A DNA stretch of 64,000 bases from Spirochaetales bacterium (GTDB lineage: Bacteria; Spirochaetota; Spirochaetia; SZUA-6; JAFGRV01): contig JAFGKU010000048.1 of NCBI GenBank assembly GCA_016928415.1, positions 2,083-66,082 of the forward strand, read 5' to 3'. The stretch's first letter is position 1, and every line of letters starts with the position of its first letter. The notes below the pieces were generated by a model. It made no database searches and had not been told where the DNA came from. It saw only the letters and a list, made by a program, of their open reading frames with translations. Of the stretch, positions 18,701 to 26,937 are shown one piece after another. The position numbers were made by a program, and so were the translations under genes.

Positions 18701-21143
18701 TGAAACATTCAAGGTCATTGCCGTAAAAAAGGATTCCACCAAGCCGGAAATAACCCTCATAACACCGGAAGAAACGGCCAGGGTAAACGGGATATTTTCC
18801 GTTATCGGAAAGGTAACCGAAGCGGGTAAATTGAAATCACTGGAATTCTCAAGTGATAATAAAAACTACGAGCCCCTGACGGGCAGGCCCGTGTTCACAT
18901 ACAATCTCGACCTTTCCAAGTTTGAAAAACTTCCGGAGAAATATTACATCAAGGCGGTTGATACATCGGGAAACGAGACCGTCATGAATCCCGTATTTCC
19001 CATAGATTTTGAAGCGGATAAACCGCGTGTGGAGATACAGATACCGGCAAAGGACGAAGTATTGAGAAACAACTTCCTTATTTCCGGTGTCGTGTTCGAC
19101 GATGACGGGGTCAAGGCTATTTACTACCGCCTTGATGACGGTGAATTCGAAAAGGTGGAAGGGGAAAACAGTTTCAGCATACCCATAAAAATCGGGGATA
19201 TAGCCGACAATGAACATACGGTGGAGATACAGGCGGAGGACATAGGCGGGATCAGGGGCGATATCGCCTCGTCCACGTTCTGGATTTCCAAGGCCGAACC
19301 GGTTTCCGTTCTCCAGACGCCGGCCATTGAAACCACGACGAAGGGCACCATACCCCTTTCAGGTACGGCGATGGATGCCAACGGCATAAAGGCGGTTTAC
19401 CTATCCTTCGACAATGGCAATACGTACCACCTGACAAAGGGAACCGATGAGTGGAATTACCGGTTCAATACATCGCTGCTCGCTGACGGAGTCCACCGCC
19501 TTCTCATAAAGGCCGTGGACAACACGGGCACCGAGGGTCTTTCCGCCACACTTGTAAACGTTGACAACACGCAACCCATTCTCAGCCTTGACCGCCCCTC
19601 CGAAGGTGAAACGGTCAGCGGCTCCCTGATTCTCGACGGCCGGGCCTTTGACAACATCAATCTGACCAGCCTCTCGGTTAACCTGGCCCCGGTCAACCAG
19701 TCAGGCATCAACGCGGCCGGTACGGATTACGAGCTTTCCTTGAACGGGGTATTTGTCAAAAAACTCGCCTTAGGCGGGTTAAATGAAGGTTGGTACAACA
19801 TCCGCGTGGCGGCAAAGGATAAAGCGAACAACACGACATACGTGTCGCGCAACGTCCAGGTTATCCAGAAGAAGGTTACGAACAGGGTTGAACAGATCTT
19901 CCCGCTGGACGGGGAAAGCGCGTGCGGCAATTTCTTATTAAGCGGCCATGTCATTTCCGAAGCGGCCGTTAAAGGCATTACCTATGCCATAGACGACAAG
20001 GACCTGGGTTCCCTGGAATTCGACGACAACGCCTACTTCAGCACGGACCTGGGACCGGCGCAGCTTCCGGACGGCGAACACATCATAGTCATCAAGGCTG
20101 AACTTGCCGACGGAACAACAGTCGTATCGGAGAAGAAGCGCTTCCTCTACACGGCCGAAGGCCCGTGGGTGAGGATCAATTCCCTGAAAACAGGAGATTT
20201 TATCACCAAGCGCCCCTGGATGAAGGGAGATGCCGGCTATTACCTGGCGGCCCCGGACCAGGAGGACAGGGAAGCTTATACGGCTTATGAACAGGCAATG
20301 AATGACAACCGCATAGAAAAAATTGAAGTAAGCCTGGACAATGGCAAATCCTTTATAAACACGGGCGGAACCACGAACTGGAATTACAGGCTCCAGACAC
20401 AGAACATTCCTGACGGCGATGTCCGGATTCTCGTGCGCGCCACTACCGCTTCCGGTAAAACAGCCATAACACGCGCCATGGTCAATAATGACGATATGCA
20501 GCCCTATGTGAGGATTCTCCTTCCGGAAGAAAACAAGCGCTTCAATGACAAGATCAGTATTTTGGGAATCGCATCGGATGAAAACGGGCTCAAGGATGTG
20601 GAGATAAGCCTGCGCCGCGGCGACAAGGCGGGGTATAAAATTCCCGAATTCATCCAGGGAATGTACTTCGACGCCCAATTCAGGACGAATTTCATAGATC
20701 CATACGTTGCCTGGAACGTGGGCCTGGGCCTCACGTTCTTTGACCAGAACGTCAAACTGCAGGTGCAGGCCGGTTACGTTCCGTCCGTGCGTTTCGGGGG
20801 CATGTTCATAGGGGCGAAACTTCTGGCCAATATTTTCCTCCTTCCCATGGAGGTGATATTCGGTCCGGACCTGGATTTCATGTCCGTCTCCCTTGCCCTG
20901 GGCGCCAATTTTTCCTACTGTACGAATTCCCAATACGACGTCGTGTTTTCTGAAAAGGGACTTATTCTTGCAGCGGTTATCGGCCAGATTGAATTTGCCA
21001 AATTCACGATCAAGGACCAGGTCGCCTTTAATACGTACTCTCTGTATGGTGAAATTGAGGTCTGGTTCCTTTCATCGGATGTGGTAGGGGCACCGGCATT
21101 TGAGCCCCGTATTAACTTCGGGGCCAGAATCGGGCTGTTCTAA
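15741..21143 (+). CDS. Large Ig-like repeat protein with signal peptide and probable C-terminal outer-membrane beta-barrel
   Basis: 1,800 aa with a cleavable signal (LFLNA-QE) and more than 12 'D..KP.V.I..P' Ig junctions. The last ~160 aa alternate hydrophobic residues and end in an aromatic residue (INFGARIGLF). Confidence 0.8.
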   Translation: MRFSRIISIILILSGTTLFLNAQEAADKPTGAPVEDIAPEATPVPAMENTSSSSGQLNVYTKVNGMDNWDYTYDVSGLERGMYNIIIKGTDKAGNIFYSNPANVLIDPESDLPIASITNPVPDMRVGGAILNIVGTCNDDDAVGRVEVRIDEGEFKPAEGKDFWSYKLSTEGMPDGRHMIGVRGIDVNGVTGEIITRSFHLDTSKPFGQVTNQPSGVLLSGGNELQGTVEDLNGVTALFSSEDHGKTFQKLDFWFNQEDNKYHFKLWVETTRMEDGSQVILLKSLDGMGSVGLASFLFFVDNKKPVIEILSPAQEEKVNGNFYVAGKVLDEVGIKSLTYSHRDKTEEIPLIPGNLYWFVEIDATGKGSNTETVKFTVTDKAGNVVEQNTNINIDLEADKPVVVIAYPKADSPVSAAFDVYGFVDDDDEPESVVWTLDSKAPVTIPAIDGFTFPLDQLDPGKHTLAVYGIDVNGVKGNPAKVEFTVQGSQSSINIETVAAKGESVNFKPGAEVNRFDKAVLRGKITEFQPFKKVRYTLGNGEEKDLSLQGTEQKFIKQFTIPVPENQPYGINDIKITAIDSLERTTEYYSFIHVTNFSKAAAKSGIYIADSRTDEGQAAISREYPLYAFFLGDKVKSVVLEPDIPQAGVSESDGSITIVPNSDFSAATTKIKVTTVNDEVVYSGSITLKTDSAYSADPLHSAALTQALPKSGSRAFYPGLAFASQDGQTKLEGSCNSAVARLEYSFNNKDYRGADYKRKKEDPSSVFQLALPNNLGYGYNEIYVRLYDEQKGTAQYKTFFFKTDAGGSAPNDADGLYFSDVRTAAGDEINLTREKPFTGYFNGREIKSVALKPESAFLKAVFEGRSVTVQALEEGKSGPTTIEVTAANNKTYTSKAYVFQANAIPPIITTTSMEPGTWVNKSFTIEGTVNESTGIKTMEYSVGGNGDWKKISLSQDKGAIPFSQVINTEGIEDGKIAVYLHAVDTGGNETFKVIAVKKDSTKPEITLITPEETARVNGIFSVIGKVTEAGKLKSLEFSSDNKNYEPLTGRPVFTYNLDLSKFEKLPEKYYIKAVDTSGNETVMNPVFPIDFEADKPRVEIQIPAKDEVLRNNFLISGVVFDDDGVKAIYYRLDDGEFEKVEGENSFSIPIKIGDIADNEHTVEIQAEDIGGIRGDIASSTFWISKAEPVSVLQTPAIETTTKGTIPLSGTAMDANGIKAVYLSFDNGNTYHLTKGTDEWNYRFNTSLLADGVHRLLIKAVDNTGTEGLSATLVNVDNTQPILSLDRPSEGETVSGSLILDGRAFDNINLTSLSVNLAPVNQSGINAAGTDYELSLNGVFVKKLALGGLNEGWYNIRVAAKDKANNTTYVSRNVQVIQKKVTNRVEQIFPLDGESACGNFLLSGHVISEAAVKGITYAIDDKDLGSLEFDDNAYFSTDLGPAQLPDGEHIIVIKAELADGTTVVSEKKRFLYTAEGPWVRINSLKTGDFITKRPWMKGDAGYYLAAPDQEDREAYTAYEQAMNDNRIEKIEVSLDNGKSFINTGGTTNWNYRLQTQNIPDGDVRILVRATTASGKTAITRAMVNNDDMQPYVRILLPEENKRFNDKISILGIASDENGLKDVEISLRRGDKAGYKIPEFIQGMYFDAQFRTNFIDPYVAWNVGLGLTFFDQNVKLQVQAGYVPSVRFGGMFIGAKLLANIFLLPMEVIFGPDLDFMSVSLALGANFSYCTNSQYDVVFSEKGLILAAVIGQIEFAKFTIKDQVAFNTYSLYGEIEVWFLSSDVVGAPAFEPRINFGARIGLF

Positions 21144-21171
21144 AACAGCAGCATACAACAGGATTCTTTTA

Positions 21172-21200
21172 TTGACTTACTGGTCTAATAAATTTATCCT
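21172..21200 (+). promoter_or_regulatory. Putative sigma70 promoter for the PilZ gene
   Basis: TTGACT-N17-TATCCT upstream of the ATG at 21223. Confidence 0.4.
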
Positions 21201-21222
21201 ATATAATATAGGCGGGGGGTAA

Positions 21223-21582
21223 ATGGAGGATAAAAGAAGATTTTACAGAATTTTGATTAATTTTGATGTAAAATACGCCATTATCAACAAAGCGACGTCA
21301 AAAGACATCAGTCAGGGGGGAATATGCATCATCACGGACAAACCCCTTGATAAGGAGGCGGAATTGACCCTGATATTCACCCTTCCCGACGAAGTGGGAC
21401 GCCGCATCAAGACTTTCGGCAGGGTTGTGTGGTGCAGGGAAATAGATGAGAGCAATTACGAAGCGGGATTGGAATTCTGGGATATGGAAGATACATTTGT
21501 GGACACTATCAGGAAATTTGTGGATAAAAACAAGCATATAAACCAGGAAATACCTGTACAGCAAAATACGACTGCCGGTTAA
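21223..21582 (+). CDS. Stand-alone PilZ domain protein (c-di-GMP receptor)
   Basis: Intact RxxxR (RRFYR) and DxSxxG (DISQGG) motifs, plus the GRVVW and GLEF PilZ strands. Confidence 0.9.
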   Translation: MEDKRRFYRILINFDVKYAIINKATSKDISQGGICIITDKPLDKEAELTLIFTLPDEVGRRIKTFGRVVWCREIDESNYEAGLEFWDMEDTFVDTIRKFVDKNKHINQEIPVQQNTTAG

Positions 21583-21587
21583 ATTTT

Positions 21588-21630
21588 CCGGAATGGTAAT
21601 TCTCAATATGCATGAGAATTACCATTCCGG
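21588..21630. terminator. 18-bp perfect inverted repeat after the PilZ gene (terminator or stabiliser-like)
   Basis: CCGGAATGGTAATTCTCA-N7-TGAGAATTACCATTCCGG, with no U-tract. Confidence 0.5.
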
Positions 21631-21632
21631 GC

Positions 21633-21661
21633 TTGACAATATACACTTACTTTTATACTAT
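21633..21661 (+). promoter_or_regulatory. rpsT promoter
   Basis: TTGACA-N17-TACTAT. Confidence 0.6.
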
Positions 21662-21705
21662 CATTAAAAATTTCATTATATTTATCAAATTGGAGGGTAA
21701 TAACT

Positions 21706-21969
21706 TTGCAGATAAAAGATTCACAGGCGAAAAGACACAGACAGAGCCTCAAAAGACGGACAAGAAACAGAATGGTAAAAAGCCGGATCAAAACAGTAGC
21801 CAAAAAAATCCAGGAATTTGTTCAAGAAAACAAAAAAGAAGAAAGTGCTGCGGCAATAAAGGAATATGAAAAAATGGTGGATAGCGCTGTTTCAAAGGGA
21901 ATATTTCATAAAAACAGTGCTGCCAGGAAAAAATCCCGGGCTGCCAGGCAGTTAAAAAAAATAAAATAA
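21706..21969 (+). CDS. rpsT: 30S ribosomal protein S20
   Basis: TTG start after GGAGG; SQAKRHRQSLKRRTRNRMVKSRIKT...KGIFHKNSAARKKSR is typical of S20. Confidence 0.97.
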   Translation: MQIKDSQAKRHRQSLKRRTRNRMVKSRIKTVAKKIQEFVQENKKEESAAAIKEYEKMVDSAVSKGIFHKNSAARKKSRAARQLKKIK

Positions 21970-22047
21970 CCGCTGTAATTTCTCTCAAGATATTTCCTTT
22001 TGGTGCAGAAAAATATAATATAGAGTGATATTAAGGAAGGGACAGTT

Positions 22048-22353
22048 GTGGACGGCAAAAAATTAACCAAAGCGGAAATTATTGACGCCGTATATGAAAA
22101 AGTTCAGGACGTCAATAAAAAACAAATCCAGGAAATTATGGACAATATTTTTCATCAAATCAAGCAGGGTCTGGCAAATGATAAAATTATCGAACTGCGG
22201 GGCTTCGGCACCTTTGAAATCCGTCTTCGAAAAGGCAGGACCAATGCACGAAATCCCAAAACAGGAGAGGTTTTCCCGGGAGAAAACCATGGTATCGTAG
22301 GTTTCAGACCCGGGCAGGAATTAAAAAAAATCGCCTGGCCCTTACGAAAATAA
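22048..22353 (+). CDS. HU/IHF-family DNA-binding protein
   Basis: IELRGFGTFEIRLRKGRTNARNPKTGE signature. Confidence 0.95.
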   Translation: MDGKKLTKAEIIDAVYEKVQDVNKKQIQEIMDNIFHQIKQGLANDKIIELRGFGTFEIRLRKGRTNARNPKTGEVFPGENHGIVGFRPGQELKKIAWPLRK

Positions 22354-23964
22354 GTGAACCGTTTTTTAACACCATTTAACAGAGAATCCATTAAAAATTT
22401 TTTTATCAGGACCGGATGGGAACTCCTGCTGCTTGCGGGCGCTACCCTGGTTTTTGCCTTGTCCTTTCCCAATTTCCTGGTAAAAGAAGGTCTCTTCCCT
22501 CTCGGGTTCATAGCTTTGGTGCCCGTTTTTATACTGGTCCATAAGGCCCATTGGGGGAAAATCTGGTTATACGGCATTCTGTACGGTTTTCTTGCTTATT
22601 CCCTGTTTAATTACTGGCTGCTGCTCTTTCATCCGCTCGCCATTTTTATTGTACCGTCTATCTATGCCTTTTACTTCATGCTTATGTTTCCCGCGCTTAA
22701 GCTTATTGATACCCTGTTTCCGAATTACGGTTATATCCTGCAGGCCATAGCCTGGGTGTCGTACGAGTACCTGCGAACCCAGGGATACCTGGGTTATCCC
22801 TATGGCATAATAGGCTATTCACAATACCCTTTTTTACCGCTTGTAAGGACAGCCGGAATCACCGGTGTGTGGGGCGTGTCCCTGCTTGTGGCATTCCCCT
22901 CCGCTTTTTTGGCCGCCTGCCTTAAAAAGGGATTCAGGCAGTTTATCCCGTTATTGAAAAAGAACCTTGTGCCCGCAGTGGCATACGGCTGCCTTTTTTT
23001 ATCGGCAATCATTTACGGTATTGCTTCTGAATCGGATTTATCATCGGCCCGGCAATGGAAAACCGCCCTTATCCAGCAAAACATCGACCCCTGGAGGGGG
23101 GGGCAAAGCGCGTATGAAAAATCCCTGAATATCCTACTAAGATTAAGCAGACAAGCCGTCAAAGAAAATCCGGATATCGTCATCTGGTCTGAAACGTCTT
23201 TCGTACCATCCATCAATTACCATTCCAAACATAGGGAAATTCCGGCAAGGTATGTCCTTGTGAAGGAACTGATGGATTACCTGTCGACACAGGATATTCC
23301 TTTTGTCATCGGCAATAATGAAGGGGAAAAAAGGGGAATAGGAACGGATGAAGAACACAGGATTGATTACAATGCCTCCCTTTTAATCATAAAGGGTAAA
23401 ATTGTCAAAATTTACCGGAAATTCCATCTCGTACCTTTCACCGAGCATTTTCCTTATAAGGATATATTGCCCTGGATGTACGATCTTCTTATCAATGCGG
23501 ATACCCATTTCTGGGAAAAGGGTCTTGAATACACCGTATTTGAAGCCGGGGGAGTCAAATTCTCGACACCCATCTGTTTTGAAGACACGTTCGGCTACCT
23601 GAACAGGAGATTTGTCAAACACGGTGCCGAAGTCATCGTGAATATGACGAATGACTCCTGGTCAAAGTCCGAGATTTCCGAAATACAGCATATGACGATG
23701 GCCATTTTCAGGGCTGTGGAAAACAAAAGAAGTGTTGTGAGAAGCACCAATGGCGGAATCACCTGCGCCATTGATCCGAACGGGCATATTTTAGCACAGC
23801 TTCCCGCATTCGAGGAAGGTTATCTGATAGCCAGGGTGCCCGTATATTCCGGTGAAACAACCTTATACACGGAATGGGAGGACTGGTTTGCCTATGTGTG
23901 TATGATCCTGACGCTGTGCGGAATTTTAGCGGGAATCGGCAAAATAATTTTTTTTAAACCTTAA
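22354..23964 (+). CDS. lnt: Apolipoprotein N-acyltransferase
   Basis: N-terminal TM helices plus nitrilase motifs QQNI, WSET, YRKFHLVPFTE, ICFE, NMTNDSW and RAVEN..RSTNGG. Confidence 0.95.
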   Translation: MNRFLTPFNRESIKNFFIRTGWELLLLAGATLVFALSFPNFLVKEGLFPLGFIALVPVFILVHKAHWGKIWLYGILYGFLAYSLFNYWLLLFHPLAIFIVPSIYAFYFMLMFPALKLIDTLFPNYGYILQAIAWVSYEYLRTQGYLGYPYGIIGYSQYPFLPLVRTAGITGVWGVSLLVAFPSAFLAACLKKGFRQFIPLLKKNLVPAVAYGCLFLSAIIYGIASESDLSSARQWKTALIQQNIDPWRGGQSAYEKSLNILLRLSRQAVKENPDIVIWSETSFVPSINYHSKHREIPARYVLVKELMDYLSTQDIPFVIGNNEGEKRGIGTDEEHRIDYNASLLIIKGKIVKIYRKFHLVPFTEHFPYKDILPWMYDLLINADTHFWEKGLEYTVFEAGGVKFSTPICFEDTFGYLNRRFVKHGAEVIVNMTNDSWSKSEISEIQHMTMAIFRAVENKRSVVRSTNGGITCAIDPNGHILAQLPAFEEGYLIARVPVYSGETTLYTEWEDWFAYVCMILTLCGILAGIGKIIFFKP

Positions 23965-24084
23965 TATCACGATGATTTTTACGGGATATTAAATGACTTA
24001 AAACAAGGTTTTTCGGAGAGCCGGATTGACAAAAAAGAATTTCTATAGGAAAATGGTATTATAGTGTAAAGGAGTCGATACATT

Positions 24085-24801
24085 TTGAAGAAAAAGATTT
24101 TAATTGTGGACGATGAGCCTATCAATCTGGAATTCTTCGGAGTTATGTTAAGTAAACTGGGTTTCAAGGTGGAACAGGCAACAAACGGCGAAGAAGCATT
24201 GGATAAACTTTCTGACTGCAACCCCGATCTCATTATTCTGGATAACGTAATGCCGAAGCTTTCCGGCTGGGAAGTAACCAAGAAGATCAAAAACGACAAA
24301 CAATTCGTGAAATTTAAAAATATCCCCATCATCATGTTTTCAGCACTCGACGGTGTCCGTGACAAAATTGAGGGTCTGGAATTGGGTGTGGATGATTATA
24401 TCACAAAACCGTTTAATTTTTCCGAGGTTCTTGCCAGAATCAAGGCCGTGTTACGAAACCGTGAATTGGCCAACCAAATATCAAGACGGGATAACAGGAT
24501 TGCCGTGATTGAATCACTCAACAAAACACTCATTTTTTCAACACAGCATATCCGGAAACCTGTTTCAGAACTTCTGGAAGCGGCAAAAAAAGTCGACTCT
24601 TCGGATCAAAAGGCCATGACCGATTTAGTGGAACTGGTCAAAAAGGAAGGCCAGGAGATATTGTCGTCCCTGGAAGTGCTGGAAGAAAAAATCGATGAAC
24701 TGCAATCCAAGGGTAACGAGTTGAAAAAAGGCGATTTATCCCTGGAAGACCTGGAAAAGAAATTCCAGGAGCATTTTTCAAAACTGGAGACGGGAAATTG
24801 A
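24085..24801 (+). CDS. Response regulator (REC plus C-terminal coiled coil, no evident DNA-binding domain)
   Basis: ILIVDDE, LIILDNVMP and DDYITKPF; the C-terminus is helical and Glu/Lys-rich. Confidence 0.88.
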   Translation: MKKKILIVDDEPINLEFFGVMLSKLGFKVEQATNGEEALDKLSDCNPDLIILDNVMPKLSGWEVTKKIKNDKQFVKFKNIPIIMFSALDGVRDKIEGLELGVDDYITKPFNFSEVLARIKAVLRNRELANQISRRDNRIAVIESLNKTLIFSTQHIRKPVSELLEAAKKVDSSDQKAMTDLVELVKKEGQEILSSLEVLEEKIDELQSKGNELKKGDLSLEDLEKKFQEHFSKLETGN

Positions 24802-25019
24802 TATCCGACGAGAAAAAACAGGTTCTGGCATTATTCGACGAAGGAAGAAAATTTTACAAGCTCATGAATTTCGAAGAAGCTAAAAAGTGTTTTGAAAAAG
24901 CGCTTCAGATTGATCCCAAGGACGGGCCTTCCAAAGTTTACTTAGAAAGATGCCAGCATTACATTCAGGACCCTCCTCCACCCGATTGGGACGGGGTTTT
25001 TGTAATGAAAACAAAATAG
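24798..25019 (+). CDS. Small TPR protein
   Basis: One TPR (FEEAKKCFEKALQIDPKD) followed by PPPPDWDGVF; 4-bp overlap with the upstream stop. Confidence 0.8.
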   Translation: MISDEKKQVLALFDEGRKFYKLMNFEEAKKCFEKALQIDPKDGPSKVYLERCQHYIQDPPPPDWDGVFVMKTK

Positions 25020-25051
25020 ATTTTTACCAATAGATTTTTTAGAGGTCCCCT

Positions 25052-25468
25052 ATGGCAAAAAACAATGATATCCGGTTCGCAAAAGAAAAAATACAGACAA
25101 CCTTGGGAAAGGAAACCAATTTTAACGGGGTCATGAAATTCCGTGATTCGCTTAAAATCGACGGCAAATTCCAGGGCGAAATCATTTCCGAAGGTTTTCT
25201 CTATATTGAAAATGACGCCGAAATAAAAGCCAATATTACGGTTGGTTCCATTATCGTCGGGGGTGTAGTCTACGGAAATATAGAGGCTAAAGAAAGCCTT
25301 GAAATGCTGGCAACCGGGCAGGTTTTCGGCAATATACGAACCGCCAAGCTCAAAATTGCTGACGGGGTTGTCTTTGAAGGAAAATGCGAAATGATCAAGA
25401 GTCCGGACACCATAGACATTTTCTCTGATTCACCTATAAAATTAAAAAAGACGATACAAAGTGTATAG
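25052..25468 (+). CDS. Bactofilin (polymer-forming cytoskeletal protein)
   Basis: LKIDGKFQGEI, IVGGVVYGNI, V.GNI...KL.IADGVVFEGKCEM beta-helix pattern. Confidence 0.92.
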   Translation: MAKNNDIRFAKEKIQTTLGKETNFNGVMKFRDSLKIDGKFQGEIISEGFLYIENDAEIKANITVGSIIVGGVVYGNIEAKESLEMLATGQVFGNIRTAKLKIADGVVFEGKCEMIKSPDTIDIFSDSPIKLKKTIQSV

Positions 25469-25500
25469 GACTCCTTAACCGCAGGGAGGTTTTTCCAAAG

Positions 25501-26754
25501 GTGCCTTATAAAAACACCTGTGTCCTGGTTCTTATCGGATCAGAGATTGTCACGGGTGAAATTGGAGATCAATATCAAAAGCTGCTAGGCAGGGAACTGA
25601 CTAATGCCGGATTTTCGATAACAAAAATAATTCAAATTCCGGACATTGGGGAAATACTTGAAAAGGAACTGGTCAATGCCCTGAACGGGAACAGTCTCAT
25701 TGTGACTACGGGCGGGCTGGGTCCGACAACCGATGATATTACACGGGAAATCATCGCTGAAATATCCGGAGTTCCTCTCAGGCTTGATGAAAAGGAATGG
25801 TCCAAATTAAAAAAGCGGTTCTGGGACCCGCAGCTGGCTGAAATAAATAAAAAACAGGCCATGATCCCGGAAGGTTTCACGGTACTTGAAAATGAACACG
25901 GTACGGCAGCAGGTTTTACGGGAATGGTAAACAACCTGAGGATTGCATCCCTTCCCGGACCGCCTTCCGAACTGAAAGCCATGTTCTTTGAAAAATTACT
26001 GCCGTTCCTGAAAGAAATTTCCCATACGGGATTACGGCACAGAACAACCGGTTCGGCATTCCTGATATCCGAATCATTACTGGAGCAGGCGCTGCAGGAA
26101 GTTTGCGACGAAAATTGCAAATGGTCTACACGGCTGGAGCCTGACAGGGTTATTTTCAACATCGAAAGCACCGATTTATCGCTGCAACAGAAGTGCTTTC
26201 AAAAGCTTGAAACAAGATTCGGCAAACCGCGGATCAGGCAATACAACAAGAGTATCAGCGAAATCGTTTTTGAAAAATTGCTTCAATCTAAAAAAACGTT
26301 CTGTTCGGTTGAATCCTGTACCGGCGGTCTTATAGGGAAGTGGATGACTGATTTACCGGGCAGTTCGGAGGTATATTGGGGAGGATGCATTGTTTATTCC
26401 AATGATGCCAAAAACAGGCTCGTTGGCGTTGATCAAAAAATAATCGCGGAGAAGGGTGCCGTTTCCGGGGAAACCGCATCTGAAATGTCTTTAAAAGGTG
26501 CGGGCCTGTCAAAGGCCGATTTTTGTGTGGCTGTAACAGGCATTGCCGGGCCTTCAGGCGGTTCGAAGGACAAACCAGTCGGTACTGTCTGGATTTCCGT
26601 ATGTGCCAGGGACGGTAAACCGCTTACTTTACCCTATTTTTTCAAGGGAAACAGGGATATCGTACGGCGGAAAACAGCCGTCATGACGCTTATTTTATTG
26701 GAATCTTTAATTGAAGGTAAAAAAGAGCATTCTTTTTTACCGGACAATTTTTGA
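25501..26754 (+). CDS. cinA: CinA-family protein (MoCF-like domain plus NMN deamidase PncC)
   Basis: IGSEIVTG, TGGLGPTTDDIT, LPGPPSE, ESCTGG, GAVS and TGIAGPSGG..KPVGTV. Confidence 0.93.
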   Translation: MPYKNTCVLVLIGSEIVTGEIGDQYQKLLGRELTNAGFSITKIIQIPDIGEILEKELVNALNGNSLIVTTGGLGPTTDDITREIIAEISGVPLRLDEKEWSKLKKRFWDPQLAEINKKQAMIPEGFTVLENEHGTAAGFTGMVNNLRIASLPGPPSELKAMFFEKLLPFLKEISHTGLRHRTTGSAFLISESLLEQALQEVCDENCKWSTRLEPDRVIFNIESTDLSLQQKCFQKLETRFGKPRIRQYNKSISEIVFEKLLQSKKTFCSVESCTGGLIGKWMTDLPGSSEVYWGGCIVYSNDAKNRLVGVDQKIIAEKGAVSGETASEMSLKGAGLSKADFCVAVTGIAGPSGGSKDKPVGTVWISVCARDGKPLTLPYFFKGNRDIVRRKTAVMTLILLESLIEGKKEHSFLPDNF

Positions 26755-26773
26755 GGTATATTTTATGAAAGTC

Positions 26774-26802
26774 TTGACATATGGGGAGAAATGTAATATA
26801 GT
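26774..26802 (+). promoter_or_regulatory. rho promoter
   Basis: TTGACA-N17-TATAGT. Confidence 0.65.
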
Positions 26803-26937
26803 TATAACATATAGTAACTAACTAATCAAACATAAATAATTTACAGGCATATAAAAGGGTTTTTTAAGGGCGTGCCTGTTCACTTATAAGTCGTTGGCTT
26901 CAAATCATAAGCTTAATTTTATTACATGGAGAATTAG

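Noticed and set aside
9923-21143. Diversity-generating retroelement or shufflon acting on the giant proteins
   Set aside because: I saw no reverse transcriptase, recombinase, TR/VR pair or repeated crossover sites; the repeats are degenerate and only at protein level.
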